Source of the DNA: a virus
Taxonomy: Duplodnaviria > Caudoviricetes
Virus record (IMG/VR): IMGVR_UViG_3300044731_000783
Location: 1-63,770 of that record
Reading direction: 5' to 3' (one strand)
DNA: 63,770 bases
Shown: one piece after another, positions 17,892 to 26,736 of the stretch
Position numbering within the stretch: position 1 is the stretch's first letter
Layout: every line of letters begins with the position of its first letter
Translations under genes and position numbers: made by a program
Notes under the pieces: model-generated
What the model saw: the letters and a program-made list of their open reading frames with translations, nothing else
Databases searched by the model: none
Told to the model about the DNA's origin: nothing

Positions 17892-18484
17892 ATTGTATCA
17901 TTTAAATTTGAACCTCTCATAAAAAACCCTTTTAATGGATTTTTAGTTACTTTCAGTTCTTGGTTTATTCTTTCTAATTCTTTTATTTTTTCATCTCGAT
18001 CCAATATCTCCTTTCTTAATTTTTGGAGTGTTTCCTGGAGCATTTTTGTTTGTGTGTCGTCTAACTTTATGTCTAAATTACGTCTAAGTTCGTCTAACTC
18101 TTCATCTTTTTTAGACATTTCGTCTTCTAACTTGGTAATTTTTTCGCCAAGTTCATTTACTTGGTTGTCATCAGTAATGTATATTTCTTTTTCAATAATT
18201 CTATCAACTGGGACTTCCCTTATAACCTCAACAATTTTTTCAACTTCTTTTATAACTTCAACCGGTATTTCAACTCGTTTTTCAACAATTACTTCTTTTA
18301 TTAAGTCTTTTTCACCTTCATTAAGTGGTTTTTCCAAAAGTCCGTACTTTTCAATGTTAAAACCAGTGTCAAAACATTTTTTAATAAACCCATCAACATC
18401 TTCAATGTTATTTAGTTTACAATAACTTTCAACACTTTTACTAAAAATTTTTGAGTACTTCGGTTCCATTTTCAATATCTTCAA
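17888..18484 (-). CDS. Coiled-coil protein with V/E/K/P-rich repeats
   Basis: VEKRVEIPVEVIKEVEKIVEVIREVPVDRIIEK. Confidence 0.7.
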   Translation of the reverse strand: MKILKMEPKYSKIFSKSVESYCKLNNIEDVDGFIKKCFDTGFNIEKYGLLEKPLNEGEKDLIKEVIVEKRVEIPVEVIKEVEKIVEVIREVPVDRIIEKEIYITDDNQVNELGEKITKLEDEMSKKDEELDELRRNLDIKLDDTQTKMLQETLQKLRKEILDRDEKIKELERINQELKVTKNPLKGFFMRGSNLNDTI

Positions 18485-19220
18485 ATGATTTTATGGAAAA
18501 CTTTAAAAATGGTTTTGGGTTGAATAAATCGGTATATGTGTATTCTTTTGTTTCAATATCATAAACACCATATCCGTGTCTTCCAATACTTTCTCCTATA
18601 TTATTTTGGATTGTTGATCCAATCATATAACCTTTTCCAGTTTTAAACTTGAACTCAGCTCTTTTATGAATATCTCCACACAATACAACATCAAGACCAT
18701 CAAACTTTTCAACATCATACGCATCCTCACCAAATTCAAATCCTAAGTCGGTTTTTAACCCAGATATTGGTCCGTGGAATAACCCAACTTTAATTCCGGT
18801 TGCAACATTTAAATCTGGTGGAATATTTCCTTGGTATTGCGAATAAACACACCAACTAATATTCTCATCTTCGTACACACCACGGTCCCTATAGTAAACA
18901 ATGTTTTTATTATTTAATGAATTTATAATTGGTGTTAAGGCATCTAATCTTTCGGTATTATTAACCAAAAAGTCGTGGTTTCCAGGAATAATAATAGTTT
19001 TAGCAACAAAAGAACATTCTGTTAATATCCAAGAAACCATTTCAATAAGTTCTGGTGTCATTTGATTCTTTGAATGTACCAAATCACCGGTAAATACAAT
19101 TCGGTCCGGTTCCATCTCTCTCCATTGTTCAATTGCAGTTTCCAAAATTGATTTATACAAATCGTGATCTTTAAAAAGACGAATATGTAAATCGGAAAAG
19201 TGTACTATTTTTTTAATCAT
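18441..19220 (-). CDS. SbcD/Mre11/gp47-like metallophosphoesterase nuclease
   Basis: SDLH, TGDL, GNHD, FHG, GDIH motifs. Confidence 0.92.
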   Translation of the reverse strand: MIKKIVHFSDLHIRLFKDHDLYKSILETAIEQWREMEPDRIVFTGDLVHSKNQMTPELIEMVSWILTECSFVAKTIIIPGNHDFLVNNTERLDALTPIINSLNNKNIVYYRDRGVYEDENISWCVYSQYQGNIPPDLNVATGIKVGLFHGPISGLKTDLGFEFGEDAYDVEKFDGLDVVLCGDIHKRAEFKFKTGKGYMIGSTIQNNIGESIGRHGYGVYDIETKEYTYTDLFNPKPFLKFSIKSFEDIENGTEVLKNF

Positions 19221-19450
19221 TACATTACAATTTTTGGGGGTGTTCCTAAATCATCATACCCATCATCTTTGAATGGGTTTTTTGGTGCTGGTATTTGAAT
19301 TGGTATTGTGGTTCTTGAATTTGGAAAAAGTGAGCTAACCTCTTTAACTTCATTCATTTTTTCAATAATTGGTGACATAGAGATATGTTCATCTTCTAAT
19401 CTGCCGTGTAAATAACCTTCTAACCAAAAATAAAATTCTTTGTGTGTCAT
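19220..19450 (-). CDS. Hypothetical protein
   Basis: 76 aa, MTxxEFxxWLEGY start; coupled to neighbours. Confidence 0.7.
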   Translation of the reverse strand: MTHKEFYFWLEGYLHGRLEDEHISMSPIIEKMNEVKEVSSLFPNSRTTIPIQIPAPKNPFKDDGYDDLGTPPKIVM

Positions 19451-19593
19451 GCTAATTCTCTGTTATAAAGATTTACTAAAATAATTCTTGCAAATCTGAA
19501 ATCTTTTGTTTTATTTAATTTTAAACCATACGCGTTTGCAATAGTTTTGAGGTGCGGATAAGCCTCACTAATTGTCATTTTACCAATTTCCAT
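19447..19593 (-). CDS. Small hypothetical protein (not in ORF track)
   Basis: MEIGKMTISEAYPHLKTIANAYGLKLNKTKDFRFARIILVNLYNRELA; fills the gap exactly, with ATGA overlap. Confidence 0.75.
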   Translation of the reverse strand: MEIGKMTISEAYPHLKTIANAYGLKLNKTKDFRFARIILVNLYNRELA

Positions 19594-19595
19594 AA

Positions 19596-19811
19596 TTAGT
19601 CAATAAAAAGTTCAAAATCTTTATTTACGTGTCCACAGTCATTACACATATATGTTGGGAATGGTACTAATGTGTCTTCAGAACTTCCAGTTAATAATTT
19701 TGGTACTTTTTTTAACATCGTAACTTCTTTGAAGTATTTTGATTCACATTTTTCACATTTTACAGTTTCCTGTTCTCTTAAATGAATTTTTGGTTTAATA
19801 ATGTCATCCAT
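19596..19811 (-). CDS. Zinc-ribbon protein
   Basis: CEKC...CNDCG. Confidence 0.75.
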   Translation of the reverse strand: MDDIIKPKIHLREQETVKCEKCESKYFKEVTMLKKVPKLLTGSSEDTLVPFPTYMCNDCGHVNKDFELFID

Positions 19812-19827
19812 AATTTTTTTTATTTAA

Positions 19828-19856
19828 AATATAGTTTATTTTTTTAGTTTTGTCAA
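19828..19856 (-). promoter_or_regulatory. -35/-10 type promoter
   Basis: TTGACA-N17-TATATT. Confidence 0.7.
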
Positions 19857-20699
19857 TTGTGATTTTATATCCATTTGGAGTATTGCGTCAATTGTATTTT
19901 TATCAACTCTATACTCAACATATTCCCTATCTTCTGTTAGTCTCACAATAATACAACCAAGTAGTTTTATATCTTCATATTTGGACCCTTCAAGCATTTT
20001 AATAAGTAGCTTACCATAAAGTGGTAATTGTGTTTTATAGTGACCGAGCGCGTTATTTGGTAGGTACTGGAAAGGTGGTCTCATTGGTTTTATATACTTT
20101 TGGACAATGAAGTTTTTCTCCTGGTTTGTTTTCCAGTCTGTTATTAAAATACCAATTTCACCTTTTGTACTTATAATCAACCAAACCTTATCTGGTTGAC
20201 CGGTATATCCAAGTTCTGGATGTCCTAATACAATCTCCGTATCAAGTAAAACACAACCTCTTTGTTTTAATAATTCAATGTAATTTTTACCAGCAACAAT
20301 CATAGTGTCACTCACAACAAGTTGTTGCATATCACATTTAAATATTGGTTGTCTTACTTCTTTATTAATATTAAATTCTTTTAATACGTGTTCTTCCAAG
20401 AAATAATGAACACGAGAACCCATATTTGTTGATCTTACACCTTTTTCAGCCCATTCAGCTAAAAGTCGTTCAGTTTCTTCAGGATTACCTCCGGACATCT
20501 CATATGCTTTCTCTTCTGTTGGGAACTCATCATAAAAAAGTTTCATAACCTTTGATACAGATGGGAAATCAGTTCTCAAATTTCCGTCAATGTCCAACAT
20601 TGTATATTTATGGGCTTCTTCCTCAAATGTTAATTGTAGTTCTTCTCTTTTTCTATTTAAAATTTCTCTTATTTCTTCTGCTATTTTATTTAAATCCAT
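19836..20699 (-). CDS. PD-(D/E)XK exonuclease-like protein
   Basis: PSVS, GSRVH, TE, GQPD, TDWKT, QLPLY. Confidence 0.8.
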   Translation of the reverse strand: MDLNKIAEEIREILNRKREELQLTFEEEAHKYTMLDIDGNLRTDFPSVSKVMKLFYDEFPTEEKAYEMSGGNPEETERLLAEWAEKGVRSTNMGSRVHYFLEEHVLKEFNINKEVRQPIFKCDMQQLVVSDTMIVAGKNYIELLKQRGCVLLDTEIVLGHPELGYTGQPDKVWLIISTKGEIGILITDWKTNQEKNFIVQKYIKPMRPPFQYLPNNALGHYKTQLPLYGKLLIKMLEGSKYEDIKLLGCIIVRLTEDREYVEYRVDKNTIDAILQMDIKSQLTKLKK

Positions 20700-21604
20700 T
20701 AGTCTCTTATTTCATAATAATAATCATTTATTTGACCTTTTAAGTCACAAACATCCCTATCATTTGGGAGTCTTACAATTTTAACTTTACCCCACAGTTC
20801 ACCACCATTTAATTCGTGGTATAATCTTACAGCATTTTCCCAAGCATCACCATCAAGACAAATTATAACATTTCCTTTTGCATTATTGTAGATTGTTTCA
20901 AAAAGAAGTTCGGACATATGTTTTCCAAGCATCACAACCGGATTATCCAAAAACATCCCATCAAAAGCACCCTCAACCAAATATATATCCTTATTCCAAT
21001 CAATCAAATTTTCCCAAAATATAATTTGGTCTTTTTCAGCTTCCGGATTACGGTATTTGGCTCTACTATTAACATCCCAACTTCTCCCAACATAATAGTT
21101 GAGTTTACCGTTTTTATCATAAGATGGTATTACAATTCTTCCAGCGTGACTTCCTTTATCACAAAATCCAATACCAAACCTTTCAATTATTTCATCGGTT
21201 ATTCCACGACTTTTAAGGTAATTATATGCTTGTTTTCTAACCGGGTATATTGGGTGGGAATCTTTAAATAATGTGAAATTTTCCGGAAGAACTACTTTTG
21301 GTTTTTTTGTTTTTACAACTTTCTCTGTTTCATCCGGTCTTAAAATGTTGTATAGTTTTTTTTGTTTTTTGGTCCCAAATTTCCCAAACAACTTTCCTAA
21401 AGATCCATGAGTTCCTTCACTATCACCACAGGACCAACATTTATAAACGTCGTTGAAGTAATTTACCTCAAGATTGTGTTTATTTCTATCTTCGTCACAC
21501 ACCGGACAATTAAAAGAAATTTGACCACGATTTGGGTAATGTAATCCGTGGTCACCTAAAACTTCTTCTAATAATTCAACCAATGCTTCTGTTGTATCTT
21601 CCAT
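20699..21604 (-). CDS. DNA primase (DnaG-like)
   Basis: CPVC/CWSC zinc domain, YLKSRGI, RIVIP, KYRNP, TOPRIM VEGAFD and DGD. Confidence 0.92.
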   Translation of the reverse strand: MEDTTEALVELLEEVLGDHGLHYPNRGQISFNCPVCDEDRNKHNLEVNYFNDVYKCWSCGDSEGTHGSLGKLFGKFGTKKQKKLYNILRPDETEKVVKTKKPKVVLPENFTLFKDSHPIYPVRKQAYNYLKSRGITDEIIERFGIGFCDKGSHAGRIVIPSYDKNGKLNYYVGRSWDVNSRAKYRNPEAEKDQIIFWENLIDWNKDIYLVEGAFDGMFLDNPVVMLGKHMSELLFETIYNNAKGNVIICLDGDAWENAVRLYHELNGGELWGKVKIVRLPNDRDVCDLKGQINDYYYEIRD

Positions 21605-21611
21605 TTACTAC

Positions 21612-21640
21612 AATATAAATGAAAAATATCACTTAATCAA
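21612..21640 (-). promoter_or_regulatory. -35/-10 type promoter
   Basis: TTGATT-N17-TATATT. Confidence 0.6.
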
Positions 21641-22157
21641 ATATTAATTTTTTACCGTTTCTTTTTGATTCATAAAAATCGGAAACATTAAGATAGTGCT
21701 TTAGAAATCTTTTATCTTCTATTTTATTTGCATCTATCGCAATATTTTCATCCTTGTGTTCACATTTTGAAACCATAATTGTTGACCAAATCCAAAGACT
21801 TTCATATAACCAGGTATTAACCATATAGTCATAATCCCAATTATATTTTTCACATTCTCTATGTACGTGTCTACCAATTTCAACAGTACCAATAACGTGA
21901 TCACCTAATTTTTTATTTGTTTCTTTTGATTTTTCAGTTCTAATTGCAAGACTTAATCCGGCTTGTGTTCCAATACCCATATATCCTAACCAACGATATG
22001 TGTCTAGTTTAAGGTCTGTTTCTGGTGTATCTAAATCTACAGCGGTTTTTAAATTAATTAAATGTCGTCTAAAAAACTTTTGATATTTTTCTTTATTTTC
22101 ATTCCAATAATGGTCTCTACGATTTTTATTAAAATACTCTTTAACGTCTAACCCCAT
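21633..22157 (-). CDS. Hypothetical accessory protein
   Basis: Start reassigned to ATG 22157 (MGLDVKEY), downstream of a TAnnTTTG element. Confidence 0.7.
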   Translation of the reverse strand: MGLDVKEYFNKNRRDHYWNENKEKYQKFFRRHLINLKTAVDLDTPETDLKLDTYRWLGYMGIGTQAGLSLAIRTEKSKETNKKLGDHVIGTVEIGRHVHRECEKYNWDYDYMVNTWLYESLWIWSTIMVSKCEHKDENIAIDANKIEDKRFLKHYLNVSDFYESKRNGKKLIFD

Positions 22158-22175
22158 AAATTTTAATTTTAAAAA

Positions 22176-22206
22176 CAAATATAAATAAAATATTTTAATT
22201 AAACAA
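22176..22206 (-). promoter_or_regulatory. Bacteroidota-type -33/-7 promoter
   Basis: TTG-N20-TATATTTG. Confidence 0.6.
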
Positions 22207-22243
22207 CTTCAAAAGATTTTTTTATTTTCTATATTTATTTTAT

Positions 22244-22465
22244 ATGGAAATAGATATTACAATTAATGACGTTACCGGTCAAACACCATATGACGTTTAC
22301 ATATGTGATACCGGTTCAACAACTTGTATATATGTTTCAACAATTAATACCGGTGACTTACCATACACATTTAGTGTTCCACCATTTTTTACAAACTTGG
22401 ACCGGTTTAATTTAAGAATAATAGATGACAATAATTGTCAAATTAATGAAATTTTATTAACATAA
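22244..22465 (+). CDS. Small beta-rich Cys-containing putative virion protein
   Basis: Paralogue of 34597..34893; TATTTAT at 22232-22238. Confidence 0.7.
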   Translation: MEIDITINDVTGQTPYDVYICDTGSTTCIYVSTINTGDLPYTFSVPPFFTNLDRFNLRIIDDNNCQINEILLT

Positions 22466-23505
22466 TGGCCTGTATTACATCAACATTTTGCGTATCAACT
22501 AATGTCTACCCCTACGATGGTGAGTATGATGTTGCCGGTACCTATAATTCCGAAGATTATTTTACAGGTGGTTCTTATTTTATATATTTTTCCACAATAG
22601 AAAATAGATGGTGTTTATCGGATTCGTTAGGAGGTACTTGTTATCAGTTTGGTCCAACCGGATTATTTTCAAGTTGTCCGGATTTAGATGAATCTTTTTT
22701 CTCTTCTGGAGCTTGTCCAACAACAACCACAACCACAACCTCACCTTGTGATGTTTTTGATTTTGAGGCGATTTTTGATTGTTTGGTCCCAACAACCACA
22801 ACCACAACTTCAACATCAACAACCACAACAACCACAACAATACCACCTTTTAATCCTTGTTCTGGTGTTTCAGTTAATGTTTCAATAAAAACATACACAA
22901 CAACAACCACAACTATTTTACCAACAACAACAACGACCACAACTATTAATCGTCCTTGTAATTTTGACGGTAATGCGCAATTCAATATATTTGATGAATA
23001 TATGAGATGTGGTAATAGTAAGAAATTCAGAGATTGTTTAACTGGTATTGACTATTACTCATCAGATGTAGTTTTATCACCAGTTGGTGTTTCGCCAACA
23101 CAAGGATATGTTTATAAAGCAGATGTTAATGGTGTTTCAGTTTGTATTACATTTGTTGGGCTTGTTGAAACTACAAGTGGTGTTGATAATATCAATTTAA
23201 TAGAAGAAATTGGTCTGGAAAATGAAGGCGGTTGTCTTGAATGTTTGCCGGATCCACCACCAACAACTACCACAACATCTACCTCAACAACAACCACAAC
23301 AACAATACCACCGTGTATTTTATCCGAATATTTGATAACAAATAATAATTTCTTACCAGCTGAGTTTAGATATACTGATTGTGATGGTAATACAATTAAC
23401 GACTTGTTACCTGGTAATTATGGAAATAAAACGGTTTGTTCACCAACAATTCCAATTGTTTTTGGTAATGCAACAATACAAGATACTGGATTTATTTGTA
23501 ATTAA
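22465..23505 (+). CDS. Cys-rich putative virion protein with poly-Thr tracts
   Basis: Four Thr runs separating Cys-rich modules. Confidence 0.75.
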   Translation: MACITSTFCVSTNVYPYDGEYDVAGTYNSEDYFTGGSYFIYFSTIENRWCLSDSLGGTCYQFGPTGLFSSCPDLDESFFSSGACPTTTTTTTSPCDVFDFEAIFDCLVPTTTTTTSTSTTTTTTTIPPFNPCSGVSVNVSIKTYTTTTTTILPTTTTTTTINRPCNFDGNAQFNIFDEYMRCGNSKKFRDCLTGIDYYSSDVVLSPVGVSPTQGYVYKADVNGVSVCITFVGLVETTSGVDNINLIEEIGLENEGGCLECLPDPPPTTTTTSTSTTTTTTIPPCILSEYLITNNNFLPAEFRYTDCDGNTINDLLPGNYGNKTVCSPTIPIVFGNATIQDTGFICN

Positions 23506-23510
23506 AAAAA

Positions 23511-23534
23511 AATATCGTCTAAAAAGACGATATT
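23511..23534. terminator. Terminator hairpin between convergent genes
   Basis: AATATCGTCT-AAAA-AGACGATATT, 10-bp stem next to an A-run; second weaker hairpin at 23541-23560. Confidence 0.75.
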
Positions 23535-23560
23535 TCAAATTATCGGTATTTTAAACGATA

Positions 23561-24169
23561 TTATTTCCAAATCTCTTTTGACCTCATATAACCCAGAGCA
23601 CAAGTATAAGCATCAGTCTGGTCAAAATTTTCTTTTTTAAGAGTGTTGTTTTTTGTATAGTGCCAAGTAATTTGGGGTTCTCTTTTTGCAACTTTTTCCC
23701 AAATTAACATTTTCTTATCAATGTCTTTTGGTAAGCCACCAAATAAAACGTACTTACCTTTATCGTTTTCTTGAACAAGGTCTGGCCAAGCATACTTTCT
23801 TGAATTGTATGTTGAGATAAACTCTGGTACTATACCTAAAATATTATAGATTTCTTTAAACACAAAACTATTAAATCTTAATAAAGTTTGTATTGTGTAT
23901 ACATTATTTGAATTTAAAAGTGGTTCTTCGATTATAACTTTAACTATACCGAGATTTAAATATTGTTTTAATTTTTCAGCAAATATTTCAGATTTCAATA
24001 ATAATTCTTTTATTTTATCATCTTCATCTTTACCCATTTTTGGTCTTGGCGAAATGTGCGTAAGTTCTAATAGCTCTTGTGATTGAATGTCAAATAAGGC
24101 CCAACCAATTGTTTTGGTTGAAATGTCTAATCCCAAAACTTTTGGTGAGTTTTTAATTTGTTTTCCCAT
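23561..24169 (-). CDS. RuvC-like Holliday junction resolvase
   Basis: VLGLDISTKTIGWA, IIEE, DQTDAY. Confidence 0.8.
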   Translation of the reverse strand: MGKQIKNSPKVLGLDISTKTIGWALFDIQSQELLELTHISPRPKMGKDEDDKIKELLLKSEIFAEKLKQYLNLGIVKVIIEEPLLNSNNVYTIQTLLRFNSFVFKEIYNILGIVPEFISTYNSRKYAWPDLVQENDKGKYVLFGGLPKDIDKKMLIWEKVAKREPQITWHYTKNNTLKKENFDQTDAYTCALGYMRSKEIWK

Positions 24170-24218
24170 AAAATTTCTTTTATTTAGAAAATAAACAATG
24201 TTAATAAAAATTAAAGTT

Positions 24219-26717
24219 TTAGAAATCTATTTTTACAACATATTGTTGGATTCCTTGTCTTAATGTTGGTGATTGTAGTTTAGACATAACAAGGACATCT
24301 TTATTATCATCAAGTAAAGCAATTTCAGTAATGTATGATTTTGTTCCACCACTCCAAGATGGATTTGTTGACACCTGAAATTCACTAGAACTTAAATTTA
24401 TTTTATATTTCATCTCATAAATTGTTGCTTGTATGTCTGTTTCAAATGCACCATAAAAATAATACTCGTCACCAAAATTAAGTTTTTTTCCAGTTGTGTT
24501 ATTTGGTGTTAATGGTATATAATCATTTAAATTATAGTATGGAGCAATATCATAATTGTCTGGTGATATTATAAATGTAGTTCCAGTTAATGATGACTGT
24601 GTAACATATCCATTATTAAAATTGTTACTAATTTGACTTGTAAAATCAATTAATCTCCATTGAGTTGGGTCTGGTCTTTCACCTGTATTTACTTTTTGTG
24701 CTAATATTTGGAATGTATCGGCGTAATAACCAAATGGTAAATCACAAGTTGGACAATAAATACTTGTTGTAGTTGTTGTTACCGGATAAAAAGTTGTAGT
24801 TGTTGTTGTATAAGGAAATGTTGTTGTGGTTGTTGTTGGCGAACTTCCTGGTTGTACCAAACAATTAAAATCACCCCCAAATCTTACAGCAACATTCTTT
24901 GATACCTCTGGGTTACACTCATTATTATTACCAACAATGTATGGATAATAATTACAATGTAGTGAATTTGTAAATCCAAATTTGTTTGATAAACGATATG
25001 TTATAAACATAGTTTGACTGTTTCCAGTAATAATACCTTGTGATGTTGTTGTTGTATCACAAGTATTTGGTGTGATTAAAGAAAGTTGTGGTGCTGGTAA
25101 TGTCCAGTTTCTATTTGCTTTATATGACATTGCCGCAATAATTTCTTCATCATCAATTATAATCATTTTACTATCCGGAAAAACTTTACCAACTCTACTT
25201 GGTATTCCATCAACATTTGGGTTTGTATCCCATAAATGATAATACCTAATTCCAGGTTGGTTCATATCTTCGTTCTTTTTTGATTTGATAAAATGAACTT
25301 GGAATAATTCTTTATCTTCAAAACCTGGAGGATCGACCCAAAATGTTTGTCCAAAACAACAATCTGGATTTTTATGCCACATTAACCAAGGAATGTGTAA
25401 TTTAAAATTTCGTGCTTGACCGGTCGTATCTGTTGGGTTTGTTGGGTTATAGGGTTGTAATGCAAATTTTTCACCATAAAAGAAATCTATTGTTTGGTTT
25501 GTGTAGTGAATAATTGCAATTGCTTTTTGTTCTTCCGGTTTAACTTGTACTATCTCACCAAAAGAATTGTTATAATAAGTCATACTTGTATCTGTTTGAC
25601 CCTTACTTGAGTTGTAACCAAAATATTCTTTAGTTCCAATGTAATCTACGGATCCAAATTTCGTGTAGTCTTCATATAGGTTTGATATTAATCCGGCAGG
25701 ATTTTCAGTCCAAGGAATATTCATATTCCAAACTTTTACATCAAATTGATCGGTATCACAAATAGATTCAAAATCAATAACTTGTTCACCCCAATGTGGC
25801 ATCGGTGTTACACTATCATATATTTGTTTCATATTTGATGGATAAATAATTACCCTAGAATAACAATTTAACTGAAAATATGTGAAATCTGGTGTTGGTC
25901 TATCTAGTGTTATTGTGTTTAAACAAACATCAACAATTCGATATGTTAAAATTGTATAACAACTATTTGCCGGCATAAAACATTCTGGTTCCGGAGGCAA
26001 TGGACACTGTGGACTAGGTGTTGGTGTAAAACAAGGTGTCTTACTTGGTGTGGGTGTTGGTGTAGGACTAGCACAAGGATCTGTTGGGTTAATAGTTGTT
26101 GTCGATGTTGTAGTTGTAGTACCAGTTGGTGTTGGTGTTGGTAATGGAACATTTACACATTCATAATTATATTTTGCTCTACCATCATAATATATTGTTA
26201 TAATATCACCAATCTGTGGTTTTGATTCATTAACATTACTATTACCTGAATAAATTAACTCAATTTTATTTGACCCATTTAATGTTGACATATCAACAAT
26301 ATAGTTTGGGCTTACAACATATTTGTTACCAACTAATACATCCCAATTTATTGTTGTTGCTGTTGTATTACCGGTAAAAAAACCTCTAAGTGGTGCTCTA
26401 TTAAAAACCGGTTCAATTACAGAATCCATAAATGGAATACCATAAGTGTTTGACTGATTTGAGTCGGCATAGTACGGATATTTAATATATTGTTTGTTTG
26501 ATTCTGGAACGCCACTTGAGTTTTGACTATTAAACTGTGGTTCCAAAACCATACTATTTGACTGATTGTAAGTTGATGATACTTTATCATAAGAAACTTC
26601 ACTATCTCCAACTTGGAAATATGAAATTTTAAAATTACCTTGTGATAATTTTTGTCTTCCTGTATCTGTAACTCTTGTACTTACAAGTCCTGATGTATTT
26701 TTAAGTATATATGCCAT
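24219..26717 (-). CDS. Putative baseplate/tail-fibre attachment protein with PT and poly-Thr linkers
   Basis: N-terminal TDTGRQKL...FQVGDSE and C-terminal YITEIALLDD...SKLQSP recall tail-collar/fibre attachment domains. Confidence 0.6.
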   Translation of the reverse strand: MAYILKNTSGLVSTRVTDTGRQKLSQGNFKISYFQVGDSEVSYDKVSSTYNQSNSMVLEPQFNSQNSSGVPESNKQYIKYPYYADSNQSNTYGIPFMDSVIEPVFNRAPLRGFFTGNTTATTINWDVLVGNKYVVSPNYIVDMSTLNGSNKIELIYSGNSNVNESKPQIGDIITIYYDGRAKYNYECVNVPLPTPTPTGTTTTTSTTTINPTDPCASPTPTPTPSKTPCFTPTPSPQCPLPPEPECFMPANSCYTILTYRIVDVCLNTITLDRPTPDFTYFQLNCYSRVIIYPSNMKQIYDSVTPMPHWGEQVIDFESICDTDQFDVKVWNMNIPWTENPAGLISNLYEDYTKFGSVDYIGTKEYFGYNSSKGQTDTSMTYYNNSFGEIVQVKPEEQKAIAIIHYTNQTIDFFYGEKFALQPYNPTNPTDTTGQARNFKLHIPWLMWHKNPDCCFGQTFWVDPPGFEDKELFQVHFIKSKKNEDMNQPGIRYYHLWDTNPNVDGIPSRVGKVFPDSKMIIIDDEEIIAAMSYKANRNWTLPAPQLSLITPNTCDTTTTSQGIITGNSQTMFITYRLSNKFGFTNSLHCNYYPYIVGNNNECNPEVSKNVAVRFGGDFNCLVQPGSSPTTTTTTFPYTTTTTTFYPVTTTTTSIYCPTCDLPFGYYADTFQILAQKVNTGERPDPTQWRLIDFTSQISNNFNNGYVTQSSLTGTTFIISPDNYDIAPYYNLNDYIPLTPNNTTGKKLNFGDEYYFYGAFETDIQATIYEMKYKINLSSSEFQVSTNPSWSGGTKSYITEIALLDDNKDVLVMSKLQSPTLRQGIQQYVVKIDF

Positions 26718-26736
26718 TATTTAATAAATATATCAT

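Noticed and set aside
19836-20699. Cas4
   Set aside because: Lacks the four-Cys Fe-S pattern; generic PD-(D/E)XK nuclease
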